A DNA stretch of 64,000 bases from Eledone cirrhosa (GCA_964016885.1 OZ024741.1:296050001-296114000); one strand, 5' to 3'; numbered from the stretch's first letter, positions 30,259-42,773 are shown. The notes: a model not told the origin generated them from the sequence alone. Translations and numbers: made by a program.

Positions 30259-32102
30259 TTGCTGTGTAGTGTGTATCGTTTTGGTTGTTTTGTTTTGTTT
30301 GCGTTTGTTGTGGGTTTGTTTCTGTTTCGCTTTTTGGTGGCCTTTGTGGTGTTGGGGTTAATGATGGTGATGGTGTTGGTGTTTGTGGTGATGGGGTTGG
30401 TGATGCTGGTGTGGATGGTGGCATAGCTGTCCTAACTTTTTTGTTTGATAGTTTATTTGTTTCCTTCTGTATTTTGTTTTTGGAGGGGGAACGAAGGGGA
30501 ATTTTTCTTTTTTGGTTTCTTTTTTTTTTTTCTTTTTTTTCTGATACCGTTTCCCACTCCTCGTCGTCACAATCTGTCTCCAGTTGCGATAGGTCGGGGA
30601 GTGGAAAATCCTCCACAGGCGTTGGTTTGGGCTGTGGCGTCGTGGATGGTGTAGGCGCTGGTGCTAGTTCTGGCGCGTTGCGTGGTGGTGGTGTTGGTTT
30701 TGCTACTGTTGCTGGGGTTGTTGCTGTTACAGTTGCTTCTGTTGTTGCTGCCATTTCTGCTGCTGGTGCTGTTGATGGTTGAGTCACTGGGGTGAGTAAG
30801 AGAGGTGGCCTCAACCCTTTTAGCCTGAGGGCAGAAAGCCCTTGGGTGGGTTCCTTCACCACAAACGACACACCTAGGCCTTCTGCTCTCGACGATTACG
30901 GTGAGGTGGCTGCCGTCAGTGAGGTCTATTACCTCTGGGATCTCCTCAATGCTTTTTTGGTCCGCTTGGATCAGGAGCTCCATCCCAGATCCGGACCAGT
31001 TCTCCTGCTTTTCTTTCGCTATTTCGATTATCTTGGTGCTGGCTTCGATGCCGGCGAGGACGGTAGCCATTAGCCAGGGAATTTCGATAGCCGGTGGAAC
31101 GTGGGTCACCCTGACTTCACGAGTCTCTGGCCACAATAGCTTGGGACGAGTGTGAAGTCGTCACTTCTTAATGGGGTCATGGAGTGTTCTCTGGCCTCCG
31201 GTGGTGTTTCAAAGAACACGTCCGCAGTTCCATATTTCTGCCCACATCTGATTTGGGTTTTTTTGCCCACACATGTCCCAAAGCTTTTGGGATTTGGGAC
31301 TCGGATGCCCGTTCCACTCGGCGCGATTTTATGTTAACCGTCCTATAAGACACGGTGCATAGGCGCCGATGCTCCATTTTATTAGGTCGAGGGGTGAGGC
31401 TGACCCTGTACCCATCTTTCTTTACCATTTTTTTGGCTTCTTCTAATTCCTCCTGAGTTACCTGGAATGCTTCGCACTTTTTTGCTACTCTGGCAAAAGA
31501 CAGGGTTTTCTTATTCTCATTGTTGCTGTTGTTGTTATCGTTATTTTTGTTATTGTTAATTTTAGTTTCAGTTGTGGTGGTGGTGGCGTCAGTGGTGTTC
31601 GGTGTGGAAGAGTTCATTTACGCTGAATTCGTTTCGATATCACGAGATAATTTTTTTTTGTTTCTGTTGTCGCTGTGGTGGTGGTGGTGGGGGTGGCGGC
31701 TTCAACACCTACAGTCATTGGTAATGGCGGGAAATTAATGTCTGCCTGAGACAAATTTAAAATATTGCTACTGCTTATATTTTTAGTGTTGGCAAACGTA
31801 GTAATATTTACAATGGTGGTGTCGGTGTGACGTGTTAGTTTGTGAGGAAGGCTCTCAGCTACTGGGTTCAGCTGTGAGTCGGCCATGATTTTTCAAAGAA
31901 ATTTTTTTTTTGTTTGATAATTATAAAAGTTTAAATTTTGGGCTCAAGGCCCCAATCCTTTTGAGTGTCCTTTTCAGAAAGCAATGTATGTGCACTTATA
32001 TACAGTTAACAATAAAAATTTTCCATAAATGGCAATTTTAAACAACTGAAAATAACAAACCTTTGCGGAGCTCACGATAATACGATTTACTACGTAGGTC
32101 GC
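30259..32102 (-). mobile_element. Non-LTR ORF1-like (L1/Tx1-type) region with CCHC knuckle, frameshifted
   Basis: ORF pieces 31886-31614, 31617-31177 (TLSFARVAKK) and 31136-30567 (RPRCVVCGEGTHPRAFCP = CX2CX4HX4C at about 30831-30872), then a Pro/Thr-rich and Lys-rich tail. It starts next to a (TAA)n tract. Confidence 0.6.
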
Positions 32103-32139
32103 CAATAATAATAATAATAATAACGCTATCAATAATCAT

Positions 32140-32390
32140 TAATTAATGCAATCGTGCAATGCCTGTGCGTGAAGAATACTTTTAAATTGAGGAAAGACTG
32201 TGCACTGAGCCAATCCCACTCTCTGAGCAACAGTAGCTATAACCCGAGCCGCAGGTTTTATGTCGGAGTTAACCCAGTTTCCTGAGATGCCTTCTAGAAG
32301 AATGCCCTGACAAGGGCTAGGGGTCTTTCACTCCCAGTGGTTTAACTGCGCGATCGGGTATCCAGCCCGATTATTTCTATGTACCCACGC
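32140..32390 (-). mobile_element. Partial copy of the bipartite RTE-related element
   Basis: Matches 33217-33485 (ATCGTGCAATGCCTGTGCGTGAAG...ACTGAGCCAATCCCACTCTCTGAGC...). Confidence 0.65.
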
Positions 32391-32426
32391 AATAAAAAAA
32401 AACTCACTTAGTGACACTCATACATA

Positions 32427-32470
<44 letters not shown>

Positions 32471-32506
32471 CATTCATGCATACAAAAACACACACACGCC
32501 ACTCAC

Positions 32507-32570
<64 letters not shown>

Positions 32571-32947
32571 TACCGTCATTACTGATACTAGATTAACTAG
32601 ATTATGTCAACTGTTGACTTTCGAAAGAGTTCGTATAATTGAAGCCGTTCGTGTGTTCGTGTGCCAAAAGCAGAAAAATTATTATTATTATAGTTGTTGT
32701 TTTCTTAAGGCCCGATCCCTGGTAATGGTGATGGTGGTGGTGGATGGTGGTGGCAGTTGATGTTGTTGTATGGCTTTTTTTTTATCGTTTGATGCTGCAG
32801 TTGTTGTAGATGTTGGTGTTGGTGTTGTTCCTCTTGATCTTGGTGTTCATTCTGATACTGTTGTTGCTGTAGACATTAGTGCCGGTGTTGTTATTGTTGA
32901 TTACTCTGTGTTGAATGTGTGTGTATATATATATATATATATCTATC

Positions 32948-33076
<129 letters not shown>

Positions 33077-33142
33077 ATATATATCACTCAGTCAAAACGA
33101 CCAAATTTCAACATACATACATACATATATACATATATACAT

Positions 33143-33770
33143 GATGATGGCTGCCCCCTCGTTATCGAGTATGGACGTTGCACGATATAACATTATTAAT
33201 AATTATCAATTAAGCTATCGTGCGATGCCTGTACGTGAAGATTATTTTTAAAGTGGGGAAAGACTGTGCACTGAGCCAATCCCACTCTCTGAGCGACAGT
33301 AGCTATAACCCAAAAAGAAGAAAAGATCAACATCATCGATAACTACTGAGCCGCAGGTTTTATATCGGAGTTATCCCAGTTTCCTGAGTTGCCTTCTCCT
33401 AGAAGAATGCCTTGACAAATGCTAGAAGTCTTTTACTCCCAGTGGTTTAACCGCGTGATCGGGTATTCAACCCGACTATTTCTATGTGCCCGCGCATATA
33501 TACACATATGTGTACAAGCATATACATTTATATACATATACACATATATACATACGTATATACATATTTACACATTTTTGGATGGCCATTAACTCTTATG
33601 AATTCAACCGCCCTTTGTCAGGTTTTGTATTTTGTCCTGCGAGGTGTCCAAAATCACCCTCCTCACCAAGTAAACTTCGTGGGGTTGCCGGTTTAGTCGC
33701 CGACGACCCGACCATGCGACAGCTTATACTGGGTTACATGTTACCAGTAGCACTCAAGAGTGACCCGACA
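33143..33770 (-). mobile_element. Bipartite non-autonomous RTE-related element flanked by (CATA)n
   Basis: The end GATGGCTGCCCCCTCGTTATCGAGTATGG is identical to the RTE terminus at 28504-28532. The rest is colinear with 27300-27735. Confidence 0.6.
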
Positions 33771-33865
33771 ATACATACATACATACATACATACATACAT
33801 ACATACATACATACATACATACATACATACATACATACATACATACATACATACATACATACATA
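33771..33865. repeat. (CATA)n microsatellite, 5' flank of the R4/Dong element
   Basis: Direct reading. Confidence 0.95.
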
Positions 33866-36800
33866 AAATAAATACGAAATATTAGTGAATAGACGAACTC
33901 ATCATGGCAAAAAGTACAAGTCTCCTTCGACCAAATCGCAATTACAACCGTTGTACACAGTGGACGTACGAACTTAACAAAGTATTATATGAAGCATACA
34001 AACAATCTGAACCCCAAAAGTTCGGTTTTATGCAACGGCTAAAAACTTTATGGAACTCCAAACACCCAGAATTAGACTTTTCTCCAAAGCATTTAAATGA
34101 ACAGGCAAAACGTATCATTAGATGTAAATTGATACATCTAACGGAATCGAGTGATACTACAAATACAGCCCTTGTAGACAACCACCCCACCTCCACTGAC
34201 AGACAAAGAGAATGGCCAGCTAAATCTAACAGTGAACGGCTCACCAACAATTTTGCTGAAATTCATCCCACTTCCACTGAAGAACAGCGAGAAAGGTCAG
34301 CTGACTCTAGTAGTAATTGTCACCACATCAACAACGAGGCTGAAATTCATGACTCTACTGAACAAACAGAGCACCAAAAACTTGTGGGCTCCCTACAAGT
34401 GATATGGAATGATATGTTTCAAGAGATACACAGCCTTAATGTGAGTGACAGACCATACAACACTAGAGTCAGTAAAGAACCCACTAAATTGGAATTGGAA
34501 GCGGTGAACGAAATAGCTGGCAATTATCTGAAGGCTATACGATCTAAAGGTGTAGAAACGACATTTGAAACGCTTAATGTTTTGTTATATGTTTCAGCTG
34601 TCACATTGCTAGCATATAACACACATCTAAAACCACGCAATCAAGATACAAACAGAAAGCCTGAACCAGCGTGGATGCGAAATTTAAAAACCAAAATTTT
34701 GTCCCTGAGACGAAGTATCTCACACATCGCAGTCGTTATGAAATGCAACATAGAGAGCAACTTCACACAACACCAGGAAGACCTAAAGAAAATGTTAGAG
34801 AGAAGATTTGGAGATACACAATTTAAAACTTTGAACTCCAAATTACACCAGTTGAAACAACAACTCACAGCTACAACAGAAAGACTAAAATATAAGTCAA
34901 CAGCACATAAACGACAAGTGCTAAATAGATTGTTTGCCAGAGATCCTAAATCAGTTTATCGCAGCTTCGGTGGCAAAAGCTCAATCTCTGTAAATGACAC
35001 CCCTTCAAAAGAACAGGTTGAGAGCTACTGGAGATCTGTATGGGAAACGGATGACGGATTCAACAGACAAGCTAATTGGCTAAAAGAACTGGAACAGGAC
35101 TACTGCCAACATGTCCAGACAAAACAATATGACATAGATGGGTCAATACTGGAAACAGCTCTACAGAAAATGTCGAATAGGAAATCGCCAGGCCCAGACC
35201 TCATTACAGGATACTGGTTGAAGAATTTCACTTTCTATCGGCAAGATCTCATACGGCTGTTTACAGAAACCATTAAGGGCACACAAGAACTGCCCAGATG
35301 GTTATCAACTGCCTCTACTCTCCTCATTCTCAAAAATAGCCAAACCACCCTTGCTAAAAATTACCGCCCAATTGCCTGCCAAAACATCATGTATAAATTA
35401 TATACTGGGTGCCTTAACCTGTTCTTACAGGATCACTGTGCTACCAACAACATCATAACACCTGAGCAAGCTGGTGGAAAGAGGGAGGTGTGGGGTTGCA
35501 TAGATCACCTACTAACTAACAAAATGATTCAGGAAAAAACAACAAAGAATCGCAGAAACATGACTGTCGTGTGGCTGGACTATCAAAAAGCATTTGATAG
35601 TGTACCTCATGGGTGGATTGTTAAGGCTTTACAGTTAGCTAAAGTCCCACAACCATTGGTAGCTGCTGTTGAACGCCTGACCAAGAACTGGTACACCAGT
35701 TTGATCCTTAGAGGTGAGAAGGAGCAGGTTAAGACTGATAAGATACATTACCAGAAGGGCATCTTTCAGGGTGATAGCTTGTCAGTGCTACTCTTCGTTC
35801 TCTCACTGAATCCACTATCTTACCTACTCAGGAAACAAGGTCAACAAAGAAGTGGGACCAGAAGTATCTCCCATCTTTTCTTTGTTGATGACCTCAAGTT
35901 GTATGGGCCAAATATCAATGACATCAAGAAACAATTGGACCTCATTACACAATTTTCAACAGACATCAAAATGAAATTTGGTGAGTCCAAGTGTGCATAT
36001 TTGGCAGTAAAACGTGGAAGAGCTGTGCCCTCCTCTAGAAATCTAGAGATGAACGGCCTGACAATACAACCTCTGCAGTCAGGTGACAACTACAGATATC
36101 TTGGACAGGATGAGAATGTCAGATATGATGGACCCATAAATAAGGAGAGAACCAGAACTGAATACCTCAGAAGAGTAAAGAAAATATGGTCATCAGAACT
36201 GTCAGCATACAACAAATACATTGCCCACAATACTTATGCTGTGCCAATTCTAACGCCAACATTTGGCCTACTGAACTGGTCATTGCAAGAACTAAGTGAG
36301 ATGGATGTTAGAACTCGAAAACTTCTCAGTGTTACTGGGAACTTTAACATCAATGGTGATGTGGATAGGCTATACTTCTCACGCAAGGAAGGTGGCCGGG
36401 GTCTAAAATCAATATTAACAACATATGAGACCCGGATAGTGACACTGAAGCAACACCTTCAACAGAGGAAAAAGGTTGGCAACCATCTTGCCCAGGTTTA
36501 TGACCATGAAAAAAGAAATATCATTAGAATAGCGACTGATCTGGAGGAGAGATATGGAATAAAGCCCGATATAAATCTCTCACCCAGAGAAATCGGAAGA
36601 TCCTATTCAATGTTCAAACAGGAAAAAAAAATTGACCAATTTACAGAAAAAGTTGTGCATGGATACTTGAGGCGTAAAACACAGACCATAGAGGGGATAA
36701 ACCACTCAAAAAGCCTGGCATGGAGTTCCGACAAGTTTATGACATCACACCATGAGGGATATCTCTATGCAATACAGGAACAAGAACTCCCTACCAAATA

Positions 36801-37491
36801 TCTGCTGTACAAAAGAGGAGGGCCAGCAGCTGACAATAAATGTAGGCTATGTAAAACAAAGATCGAGGATGTAAGCCACACTGTTGCCAGCTGCGAAAGA
36901 ATGTCATCTCGCTACTACCTCCCCATGAGACACGATGGGATAGCTAGAACCATCTGGAACGCACTTCGGAAAACAAAATCAACAACAAACGAGGAAGAAT
37001 ATATTGAGACAGATGGCACTAAGGAATACTGGTGGAACCTGAAAATAAAAACTGCCACCAAATTAAAGCACAACCGGCCTGATATTGTAGTTTGGGACCA
37101 CACATTGAAAACGTGTTCTGTTGTGGAGATCAGCTGCCCACTTGATGTAAACGTTGTCAGAAAAATACAGGAGAAGGAGGACATTTACGGACCATTGATG
37201 AGGAGTTTACAAATCCAGTATCCAAGATACACCTTTAGCTTCATACCCATCATTATTGGTGCTACGGGTTATATACCAACCCGCTTGGACCAAAGTATGA
37301 CTGAACTTGGATTTGCGGACAAAAAGCGCAGCTCCCTAATTCATAGTCTACAAATGGCTGCGATAGCTGGCACCTTCAAAATTTGCAAAACATTCTTGCG
37401 ATTCAAGGGATGACAATTTCTTTTCTTTTACAACCTTGCCACCAGGAAGGTGGCCGGTCAAAAAAATATACTCAAAATTAAGAGAAAGAGA
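33866..37491 (+). mobile_element. R4/Dong-clade (RLE) non-LTR retrotransposon, apparently intact, inserted in (CATA)n
   Basis: Single uninterrupted ORF, about 38 nt of leader, about 78 nt of 3' UTR with a hairpin (GCCACC-AGGAA-GGTGGC), and CATA repeats abutting both ends. Confidence 0.8.
33904..37413 (+). CDS. Retrotransposon polyprotein: reverse transcriptase, CCHC zinc finger and restriction-like (PD-D/ExK) endonuclease, 1169 aa
   Basis: KSPGPD, YRPIAC, EQAGG, WLDYQKAFDSVPH, GIFQGDSLSVLLF, HLFFVDDLKLY, YRYLG, GGRGL, CRLCKTKIEDVSHTVASC, RHD, RPDIVV, VEISCP and KEDIY. No stops or frameshifts. Confidence 0.93.
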   Translation: MAKSTSLLRPNRNYNRCTQWTYELNKVLYEAYKQSEPQKFGFMQRLKTLWNSKHPELDFSPKHLNEQAKRIIRCKLIHLTESSDTTNTALVDNHPTSTDRQREWPAKSNSERLTNNFAEIHPTSTEEQRERSADSSSNCHHINNEAEIHDSTEQTEHQKLVGSLQVIWNDMFQEIHSLNVSDRPYNTRVSKEPTKLELEAVNEIAGNYLKAIRSKGVETTFETLNVLLYVSAVTLLAYNTHLKPRNQDTNRKPEPAWMRNLKTKILSLRRSISHIAVVMKCNIESNFTQHQEDLKKMLERRFGDTQFKTLNSKLHQLKQQLTATTERLKYKSTAHKRQVLNRLFARDPKSVYRSFGGKSSISVNDTPSKEQVESYWRSVWETDDGFNRQANWLKELEQDYCQHVQTKQYDIDGSILETALQKMSNRKSPGPDLITGYWLKNFTFYRQDLIRLFTETIKGTQELPRWLSTASTLLILKNSQTTLAKNYRPIACQNIMYKLYTGCLNLFLQDHCATNNIITPEQAGGKREVWGCIDHLLTNKMIQEKTTKNRRNMTVVWLDYQKAFDSVPHGWIVKALQLAKVPQPLVAAVERLTKNWYTSLILRGEKEQVKTDKIHYQKGIFQGDSLSVLLFVLSLNPLSYLLRKQGQQRSGTRSISHLFFVDDLKLYGPNINDIKKQLDLITQFSTDIKMKFGESKCAYLAVKRGRAVPSSRNLEMNGLTIQPLQSGDNYRYLGQDENVRYDGPINKERTRTEYLRRVKKIWSSELSAYNKYIAHNTYAVPILTPTFGLLNWSLQELSEMDVRTRKLLSVTGNFNINGDVDRLYFSRKEGGRGLKSILTTYETRIVTLKQHLQQRKKVGNHLAQVYDHEKRNIIRIATDLEERYGIKPDINLSPREIGRSYSMFKQEKKIDQFTEKVVHGYLRRKTQTIEGINHSKSLAWSSDKFMTSHHEGYLYAIQEQELPTKYLLYKRGGPAADNKCRLCKTKIEDVSHTVASCERMSSRYYLPMRHDGIARTIWNALRKTKSTTNEEEYIETDGTKEYWWNLKIKTATKLKHNRPDIVVWDHTLKTCSVVEISCPLDVNVVRKIQEKEDIYGPLMRSLQIQYPRYTFSFIPIIIGATGYIPTRLDQSMTELGFADKKRSSLIHSLQMAAIAGTFKICKTFLRFKG

Positions 37492-37720
37492 ATACATACA
37501 TACATACATACATACATACATACATACATACATACATACATACATACATACATACATACATACATACATACATACATACATACATACATACATACATACA
37601 TACATACATACATACATACATACATACATACATACATACATACATACATACATACATACATACATACATACATACATACATACATACATACATACATACA
37701 TACATACATACATACATACA

Positions 37721-37750
<30 letters not shown>
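37492..37750. repeat. (CATA)n microsatellite, 3' flank of the R4/Dong element
   Basis: Direct reading, about 260 bp pure repeat. Confidence 0.95.
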
Positions 37751-37751
<1 letters not shown>

Positions 37752-38044
37752 GTGAATCCCGGGTTCAATCGGGGGTAACAGTAAGTAAGGTACTCAATAC
37801 ATTAGTAAAGTGTAAACATCAAATTTAATATAAAAATAGCTTCTATTCGATAAAAATCACCAGGAAAGCCAACGGTCATTGTAATACGGTGGTATAGGTA
37901 TGTTTCTGGTGGTTGGGAAAGGTGGTGATTTTGAGGATAGGTAGAAGTCGTTGGGCATGGGATTTTAAAGAACAGCGATTTAATACGTATATTTAGGAAT
38001 ATACGTATTACATCAATAACACAGATAAAAGATAATTGTTTAAG

Positions 38045-38236
38045 ATAATTGTTTCTACTATTGGCACAAGGCCAGAAATTACCCAGTACATTACTGGTAC
38101 TTTATTTTATCGACCCCGTAAGGATGAAAGGCAAAGTTAACCTCGGCGGGATTTGAACTCAGAATAGCAAGGGCCGTAACTCTATGCATCAAAGCATGGC
38201 GTCCGACCCTCTACCGATACTGCCAATCCACCGCCA
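38045..38236 (-). mobile_element. OK-like tRNA-derived SINE, full length
   Basis: The reverse complement has GGCGGTGGATTGGCAGTATCGGTAGAG (A box), GAGTTCAAATCCCGCC (B box) and the family tail. Confidence 0.85.
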
Positions 38237-38639
38237 TAAGATAATGTTCAAATTCACTCTCAAGTACCCATACACACACATACATACGAACACCCACACA
38301 TCTTTTAGGATTCATTTGTTCTAAGTAAGCAAAAAGGTTTCATTGAGTGACTGAATTGTCAGGCGCTGGCCAAAGAATTTTTGGTATTAATGGGTTATTG
38401 ACACCTGTCAAATCAATTAGTGGTGAGGGTGGTGGAATTTGCAACAAAAGCCACGATATTTATATATATATAACGAAGGAGGTGTAGTAAGGAACCAGAT
38501 GGACCATAACACACCAGAGTACTCAATACCAGGGGCGAAGGGTCCGTGCATTCGTTATAGAATCTTGAGTTGATCAATTGCGTCGGTTGAAGCAAGCAGA
38601 ATTTTGGCTGCTTACTAAAACGTATAAACACAAAAAAAG

Positions 38640-38774
<135 letters not shown>

Positions 38775-38984
38775 CAGCTTTGGGGCAAGCAGAATTTTGA
38801 CTGCTTACTAAATCGTAGACACATAAAAAGATAACACACACACACACACTAGATAACACTACATGCGGCTTTGACCGGGAGGGTCATTTAGAGGGAATTG
38901 GGCGGGGTAAGGCTGCACAGCCCCACTTTCCGCCATGGCGATTGGACTGCATGCTCTGCTTTCCAGGTTACCCTTCGCCAACGA

Positions 38985-39033
<49 letters not shown>

Positions 39034-39070
39034 GTATGAAAATTGCAAACTCGACTGTCACCACGTATTA

Positions 39071-39109
39071 TGAACCTGAAGATTGCGAAAGCATGAAAGT
39101 ACTTGTTCA
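39071..39109 (+). ncRNA. Minimal type-I hammerhead ribozyme
   Basis: TGAAC-CTGAAGA-TTGCGAAAGCAT-GAAAGTACTT-GTTCA. Stem II has a GAAA tetraloop, stem III is the palindrome AGTACT, and the triplet is CUU. It lies in a repeat of about 210 bp that recurs inverted at 61005-61200. Confidence 0.8.
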
Positions 39110-39271
39110 ATTAACACTTAGAATTTAATATTCTATCATACTATTTCATTATAATACCATTATATATTTTAAAGGATTGTAAATAAAACGAGTAAATCAG
39201 ACAAAGTTGGAATTCCTCTTATTAATATAATCTTCTATACACAATCATACACACCCATGTATATTTACCTA

Positions 39272-39430
<159 letters not shown>

Positions 39431-39823
39431 GTATATATATATATATATATGTATATGCACAAGGCAAACATAAATAACAAAGCAAACGACAGTTCAATGA
39501 AGAAATGTGTTAGTTGTTTTACACAAACACACACGTTCGCATCCCCACATATACACACTCAGCCTCCGGAATCCGGTTGTTTATTTTTATGTTTATTTTT
39601 ATTTTTAGTTGTACTTCTTCAATCGTCCCCCCCCCCTTTTCTAAATGTCTTTCCACCACTCCCCCACACACCCTCGGAACTCTCTTCCTACCCACTTTTT
39701 TCCTGATGAAGGGCATATGCCCGAAACGCCCCCCCCCCCACACACACACGCACACACTCAAAAGCGTAAACCTAATAAACTCTTATTTGTACTGCCTCTC
39801 TGTTTTTGTTCCTGTCTAAGTTT

Positions 39824-39985
<162 letters not shown>

Positions 39986-40162
39986 CATATTTCAAGGGCC
40001 ACCAGAGCAAACTATGGTACGCTTTCATCAGATAAAATATAACCTCTATATATATATATATATATATACGTATATACATACAGAAGAATGTCCTGAAAGA
40101 CGGAACATTTTAAAACAATAATTGTGTTGAGTGGTTTGGGTTGTTGCTTATGTATGTGTGTA

Positions 40163-40202
<40 letters not shown>

Positions 40203-40865
40203 GTGTGTGAGAGAGAGCGAGCGTATGTGTGTGTGTGTGTGCGTGTGTGTGTGTGAGCGAGCGTATGTGTGCGTGCGTGTGTGTGTTTGTGTGTGTGCAT
40301 GTGTTTGTATAATGCATGTATCTCTTTATATCTATGTATTGACATATACATTGAGATAATGTGCGCATGCGCATGCGTCACAATGTACGAAGAACAGGAG
40401 AATGTGAGGGAGTGGAGGAAATTAATAGTCGTGTGGGTGGATCATTTGAAAATGATCATAATTATGTTTTGTATTATCTATAATTGTGTGAGAAGTGACT
40501 AAACCTTATACTGTTTGGAGGTGGTGGTGTGAGTGTGTCTTTTGTTGATGCACGGTCAACCACGTGAGGATGTTATTTTTCACTTTTCCGCCATTTTTTT
40601 TATTTTTTTATAAAACTTCTCACCGGGATGTTGTTGTTAGGTGAACCTAATGCACAATAACTTCAAAGCAGAGGAATGATACATTGTCTGTGTACAACGG
40701 AGAAACTCTAACTTCTGTTATTTCGTGCAAATGAATTTGAGATGAGGAAAACTGTTTCGTGACTATCTCTATCTTCACATACATCCCACCTCAACCAGGG
40801 TGGGTGTTAGTTTGTTATGACACATTTTTCAAGCTCCATAGATAACTCATTGTTACACAATATAT

Positions 40866-41013
40866 AATTGTTTCTACTTTTTGGCACAAGACCAGCAATT
40901 GCACAGTACATTACTAGTACTTTATTTTATCGGCCCCGTAAGGATGAAAGGCAAAGTTAACCTCGGCGGGATTTAATGGATGAAGAGCACTACTTTGTCT
41001 ATAGGTACAACGC

Positions 41014-41108
<95 letters not shown>

Positions 41109-41930
41109 GTGGTGGACTGGCAGTATCGGTAGAGCGTCGGACAACATGTTTTGCGGCATAGAGTTTCGGGCTTTCACGTTCTGTATTCAAATTCCGCTGA
41201 GGTTAGCTTTGCTTTTCATCCTTACGGGGTGGATAAAATAAAGCACCAGTAATACACTGGAGTCGATTTAATTGAATTTCTCCTCCCCTTCAAATTGCTG
41301 GCCTTGTGCCTAAAGTAGAAATAGTAATAATAATAATAATTATTATTATTATTATTATTAGTGGTGAATTGACAGTATCGGTAGAGCGTCGGACAACATG
41401 CTTTGATGCAGAGTTACGGCCATTTACGGTCTGAGTACAAATCCCGCCGAGATTAACTTTGTCTTTCAACCTTACGGGGTCGATAAAATAAAGTACCAAT
41501 AACGCACTGGGGTCAATTTAATCGACTTTCCTCTCCCCAAATATTGCTAGCCTTGTGCCTATAGTAGAAATCATTATTATTATTATTGGAGGATTGATAT
41601 AATAGAGCTCCGGACAAAACATATTGTCGTGTTTGGTTATGACATTTTGCTTTCTAAGTTCAAATCCCGCTAATGTCAAATATGTTTTCATTCTTCCGGA
41701 TTCGATAAAATGAAGTACCAGTAAAATACTGGAGGCGATATAATCGACTTTCTCCTCTCCAAAAATGTGTTGGCCTTGTGCCAAAATTAGAAACCCTTAT
41801 TATTCTGTCCAAGGCAAAGGATTCGCCGAATCGTTAGACCGTCGGACAAAATGCCTGCTGAGGCTAAATTTGCCTTTGATCATCTCTGGGTTGATAAAAT
41901 AATGTACCAATCAAGTACCGGGATCAATTT
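40866..41930. mobile_element. Cluster of OK-like SINEs: one minus fragment (40866-40975) and 3-4 head-to-tail plus copies (41109, 41360, 41588, about 41815)
   Basis: Repeated A-box, B-box, body and tail motifs separated by (TTA)n/(TAA)n. Confidence 0.8.
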
Positions 41931-41978
41931 GGTCAATTCTCTATATAGTTATATTTTTTTTTCTTGCAACCATACACC

Positions 41979-42063
<85 letters not shown>

Positions 42064-42299
42064 TGTTTTGCAAGATTTCTTATGTGAAAACGTGGGTTGA
42101 AACAGATATTGTTATACTTTTGAGAGTCAATCTTAAATGAATGTTTGTGGGAATTAAAACGAATCTTTAAACAGTTAGCAGTAGCTCCAATGTACGTTTT
42201 AGTGTTACTATGGGTATTAACAGTGCATCTATATACTACATTATTAGTAAGACAATAACCGTCAAGAGGGCATTTATTGAGATTTCTACAAATGACACG

Positions 42300-42466
42300 C
42301 CCACTAGTTCTATCCCCTTACCTAGCAACTTCAATGCCTCTAACCTTAACTGTAATTGTAGAAACCATAATAACTGCCCTCTTGATGGACATTGTCTTAC
42401 TAATAATGTAGTATATAGATGCACTGTTAATACCCATAGTGACACTTAAACGTACATTGGAGCTAT
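42300..42466 (+). mobile_element. Penelope-like GIY-YIG fragment; part of it is duplicated in inverted orientation at 42181-42271
   Basis: CNCRNHNNCPLDGHCLTNNVVYRCTVNTHSDT*TYIGA. Confidence 0.75.
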
Positions 42467-42555
42467 TATTATGAACTGACGCACGTCGTTTTTATACTTT
42501 TTAGCTTCTTGGATTGTGTTTACCATTATCCCTTATTATATAACTTTTATGCAAT

Positions 42556-42617
42556 AAACACCTGATGATGTCACTAAGATCCTACGGAAGTTGGTCATTG
42601 AAATGTGCATAGTGTTT
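42556..42617 (+). ncRNA. Type-I hammerhead ribozyme
   Basis: AAACAC-CTGATGA-(imperfect stem II)-GAAATGTGCATA-GTGTTT. Stem I is a perfect 6 bp and stem III is quasi-palindromic. Confidence 0.7.
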
Positions 42618-42669
42618 GCTATAATAAATCTTTGAGGGAATTTCACCAGTCCGACCTCTTGCCATTTTA

Positions 42670-42773
<104 letters not shown>

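Noticed and set aside
33570-33770. HDV-like ribozyme in the head of the bipartite element
   Set aside because: Hairpins are present (GTCG/CGAC, TACTGG/CCAGTA), but I could not assign P1, P3/L3 and the nested pseudoknot.
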